Position numbers and translations under genes: made by a program. From Phycisphaerae bacterium (lineage in GTDB: Bacteria; Planctomycetota; Phycisphaerae; Sedimentisphaerales; UBA12454), in contig JBGOWI010000002.1 in the NCBI GenBank assembly GCA_041478555.1, forward strand, positions 14,622 through 78,621: DNA of 64,000 nucleotides, written 5' to 3'. The notes under the pieces were generated by a model. That model was not told the DNA's origin, made no database searches, and worked only from the letters and a program-made list of their open reading frames with translations. This document shows positions 61,173-64,000 of this stretch, piece after piece (position 1 is the stretch's first letter; every line of letters starts with the position of its first letter).

Positions 61173-62213
61173 TTGACGGAGATTAAGGTGGCTGAAACTA
61201 ACTCAGTGCCTACAGTTAAAAAGGTGGCAGCTCATTGCGGGGTCAGCGAAGCTACAGTCAGCCGAGTGTTGAACAGTAATTACAAGCATGGTTTTTCTGT
61301 AAGAGAGGAAGTCCGCCAGCGGATTACTGAAGTTGCAGATGCTTTGGGTTATCGTCCCAACCTTGCGGCAAAAAACCTTGTCAAGCAGCAGACCAAGATG
61401 GTGGCAATTCTTGGTAGTGATATTGCTCTGGGCTGGCCCGGCAATATATATCAGGCAATTATTAATGCGCTTGTCCAGACTCTTCATGTTTGTGGTTATG
61501 ATGTTTGTATTACTGTGCCGAATTTAGAGAAGAGCGAGACAGATCTGCCGTCCTGGAGAGTGGATGGGGTGATTGTGCTTCAGGAATGTTCCGCCAAGAC
61601 GATTGAGCTTATGGAAAGGACCGGTCTGGCTTATGTGGTTATCAATGGAGTTGGCGGCCCGAGTTGTTCTTCAGTTATTCCTGATGACATTGAAGCCACT
61701 CGGCGGGCGATAGGTTATCTGGTGGACCTTGGGCATCGTTGCATAGCTTATGCAGGTCCGATGTCTGACCACAAGAAACACAGGAGTATTGAAGACCGTC
61801 ATAATACATATCTTTCCGCGTTATCAGAGCATGGGATTGAGCCGATTCCCGGCCATGATACCGTCTTTCGCTCAGCCCCTGCCTTTCTGGCTTCGGCGGT
61901 GCTGAAAAATCACGCAACGGCTATCCTTGCATATGACCACATAGAGGCGCTGAAAATTCTTCACGGTGCTCAAGTGCTTGATATCCAGATTCCAAGACAG
62001 GTCAGCCTGATGTGCTTTAATGATGAATATCTATGCAATATTGTTACGCCGGCGCTTACCACCATTGGTGTGCCGCTGCGGCAAATGGGCAGAATAGCGG
62101 CTGAGAGGCTGCTCAAGCAGCTCGAATCGCCTCAGGACCATCTCCCTGAGTGTATAAAGCTCTTGCAGGATTTGAAAATACGAGCCTCTACAGTGCCGCC
62201 TTTAAAAAAGTAA
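61173..62213 (+). CDS. LacI/GalR-family transcriptional regulator
   Basis: VKKVAAHCGVSEATVSRVLN is a LacI HTH, with YRPNLAAKNL as the hinge and a type I periplasmic-binding fold after it. The start is TTG 61173 or GTG 61187. Confidence 0.9.
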   Translation: MTEIKVAETNSVPTVKKVAAHCGVSEATVSRVLNSNYKHGFSVREEVRQRITEVADALGYRPNLAAKNLVKQQTKMVAILGSDIALGWPGNIYQAIINALVQTLHVCGYDVCITVPNLEKSETDLPSWRVDGVIVLQECSAKTIELMERTGLAYVVINGVGGPSCSSVIPDDIEATRRAIGYLVDLGHRCIAYAGPMSDHKKHRSIEDRHNTYLSALSEHGIEPIPGHDTVFRSAPAFLASAVLKNHATAILAYDHIEALKILHGAQVLDIQIPRQVSLMCFNDEYLCNIVTPALTTIGVPLRQMGRIAAERLLKQLESPQDHLPECIKLLQDLKIRASTVPPLKK

Positions 62214-62360
62214 AAAGTCGTGATGGTTGAACATCAGCAGTTTTTTGTCTTTGCTAAGATAGTGAATGTATATGGCCGGTAGGACTGGTCAAAACTTGGA
62301 TATACAGGATGTGAAAAAAATAACAGATGAAAAAAAGAAAATAATTTAGGAGGCGTCAAG

Positions 62361-63761
62361 ATGAAAAAGAAATTACTAATGGCTATTTTAATTTGTCTCG
62401 GCATTGCCGGAGCAGCGTCGGCGATAGAGGTTATCAACATAGACCTCAATGTCGATGGTGATGCCAATGCTTACACCGGCACGGCGGCGGTACAGTCAGA
62501 GCCGGGTTATGACTTCCCGGATATATGGTGGGCATACTACGGAGGATGGGGGAAAGCGATGGGTTCGCCCAGAAGCGCCGACCTTCGTGGTTCTAATGAA
62601 CCGTGTCTTCCAAGCACGTATGCTGCGCAGGTATGGATTGGTAACGGTGACGGCGACAATGGTAATCACGAGACCTATAGGGATGTTAATATATCGAATC
62701 TGCTGATGCGGGATGGGTTCAGAAAGAAAGACGCCGCGACGGCAGACCCGAACATTTGCCTCTTTGGTTGGGATGCATATACGGGTAAGTTTGATATCTA
62801 CGTTTATGGAACCGAGGCGGGAGACTTTAACCTGGCAATATGTGATGTTAATATATGGTGGGAACCTAATAATGTCGGTGCTCCCGATGCTAATATTCAT
62901 CCCGCTGATGGCAATACCTATAAACTTCATAATGAATCAAAGTGGACTTCTACTAAAAAATCTGTAAGCGGAGGTTTTACCGGGACTTTTACAGAAAACA
63001 CAAACTATGTAAAGTTCACGGATGTTAATGTCAATCCTTCATATCGAGGAACGATAGTCGCCACCGACGCCAACACCGATGCCAACACTGTCCCCCTCAC
63101 CGGCCACAGGGTGTACATCGTTTATACGAAGAGGATTAACGGTCTTCAGCTTGTCAGCACCAAACGGCCCGTGGCAGTATATAATGCAAAGAAAATCGAG
63201 GCAAGGGCGTATGATGTTGCATTTGAAACGAATGCCAGAAGTGGTGAAGGGCAGCATTTTGGCCCGGATATAGCTCCGGCGGATGTTTACAGTACTTACG
63301 GATATGTTGTTTATCTCGATGGCGGCGAATATATGGAATATGACATTACAGTGAATGATGTGAATGAGGGTGAATATAATATTTTCGCCTATGTTCGTAC
63401 GTCTCTATATGATGCGAATTATTTGACATTTTATCTCGACGATATGCCGTTGGGTGCTCCGATTGCTGATTATACGGGAGAGCTATATCTTGTGCCGACC
63501 ACTAAGGTCAGCGTCAACATCTTTGAAGGAAGCCATGTCTTTAAGTGGTTCCTGTCGAGGACGTATTACTTTGACATCGCTGCGTTTGAGTTTGAGCGTA
63601 TTGGTGATATTAGTATGCCCGACTGCAACGCTGTATACAAGTATGGCTTTAACTACACAGGTGATTTAAACCATGATTGCAGTGTCGACTATAAAGACCT
63701 TGATGTTATAACAGACCAGTGGCTCAATTGCTACGACCCGGATCCGAATATTTGTCCGTGA
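62361..63761 (+). CDS. Secreted protein with a CBM6/35-like module (inferred) and a short Cys-containing dockerin-like tail
   Basis: Signal MKKKLLMAILICLGIAGAASA. YMEYDITVNDVNEGEYNIFAYVRT resembles CBM6-type sequence. The tail reads GDLNHDCSVDYKDLDVITDQWLNCYDPDPNICP. Confidence 0.8.
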   Translation: MKKKLLMAILICLGIAGAASAIEVINIDLNVDGDANAYTGTAAVQSEPGYDFPDIWWAYYGGWGKAMGSPRSADLRGSNEPCLPSTYAAQVWIGNGDGDNGNHETYRDVNISNLLMRDGFRKKDAATADPNICLFGWDAYTGKFDIYVYGTEAGDFNLAICDVNIWWEPNNVGAPDANIHPADGNTYKLHNESKWTSTKKSVSGGFTGTFTENTNYVKFTDVNVNPSYRGTIVATDANTDANTVPLTGHRVYIVYTKRINGLQLVSTKRPVAVYNAKKIEARAYDVAFETNARSGEGQHFGPDIAPADVYSTYGYVVYLDGGEYMEYDITVNDVNEGEYNIFAYVRTSLYDANYLTFYLDDMPLGAPIADYTGELYLVPTTKVSVNIFEGSHVFKWFLSRTYYFDIAAFEFERIGDISMPDCNAVYKYGFNYTGDLNHDCSVDYKDLDVITDQWLNCYDPDPNICP

Positions 63762-63839
63762 TGCTTTGGCTTTATGTGTAAAAATGTTTGAAAAGAACAT
63801 TAAGAAAATAACAGGTAAAAAATAATAGGAGAAGGTGCT

Positions 63840-64000
63840 ATGAAATATAAAATTGGATTATTAATTGTGGCTTCGGTACTTTTTTGCCTGTCGTTTGCGC
63901 AGGTTGCCGGGGCCGCTGAGCAAGTTGTGAAGACTCTTTATATCGATGGAGTCAAGATAGACCAGGCGATTGCTGACCAGGGGCTTACCTGGCCCTATAT
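63840..64000 (+). CDS. 5' end of a LamG-protein paralog of 36209-37975 (continues beyond the window)
   Basis: Absent from the ORF track. ATG 63840 gives MKYKIGLLIVASVLFCLSFAQVAGAAEQVVKTLYIDGVKIDQ.., matching MKYKIELLIVASVFFCLLLAQAAPAGNTMKTLYIDGVKVNE. The upstream leader is also conserved. Confidence 0.8.
   Translation, partial: MKYKIGLLIVASVLFCLSFAQVAGAAEQVVKTLYIDGVKIDQAIADQGLTWPY

Overview
This 64-kb window looks like a PVC-group bacterium, probably Planctomycetota and Phycisphaerae-like. That placement is inferred only from gene content: PEP-CTERM proteins, a DUF1559 prepilin-type protein, dockerin-like tails and TMTC-like TPR membrane proteins. All family calls rest on motif recognition by eye; no searches were run.

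Layout:
- (1) 1-5.9 kb: partial XylR-type regulator, a CBM-like PEP-CTERM protein, a ~1000-aa LamG/dockerin-like surface protein and a DUF1559 pseudopilin-like protein.
- (2) 6.1-17.7 kb, plus strand: galactan / galacto-N-biose utilisation operon (GH2, GH35, GH112 phosphorylase, GH42, GH53, nucleotidyltransferase).
- (3) 17.6-29.0 kb: an ~11.35-kb insertion bracketed by identical 34-nt direct repeats derived from the 5' half of a tRNA-Arg(UCU), plus two remnants of the same IS end. It carries the most unusual content.
- (4) 29.2-32.0 kb: MsmX/MalK-like ATPase and a beta-galactosidase-like GH, probably the continuation of locus (2).
- (5) 32-43 kb: two PEP-CTERM proteins and a LamG/dockerin-like protein, each behind the same repeated promoter, LacI-type palindromic operator and ~220-250-nt conserved leader. 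Two TMTC-like GT-C/TPR paralogs flank them. An oxidoreductase and a sugar isomerase are also here.
- (6) 43-46 kb: URO-D-like protein and an ABC exporter.
- (7) 46.3-60.8 kb: seven co-oriented, domain-shuffled GH30/GH10 genes with CBM, Fn3, an unassigned ~210-aa module and Cys-containing dockerin-like tails.
- (8) 61-64 kb: the LacI-family regulator with its own operator, one more dockerin-tailed protein and the start of a LamG paralog.

Island content (3): a sigma70-type promoter drives an operon of a 556-aa tandem Ig-like secreted protein, an atypical 1189-aa secretin and a small lipoprotein. The secretin has 8 N-terminal beta-sandwich repeats, an acidic P/E/T/Q linker, then N0/STN, N-domain and secretin domains. 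Upstream sit duplicated cassettes of small fimbrial-subunit-like secreted proteins. No ATPase, platform, prepilin or usher accompanies them. I propose a candidate secretin-dependent fibre system.

No intact tRNA or rRNA gene and no CRISPR array was seen.
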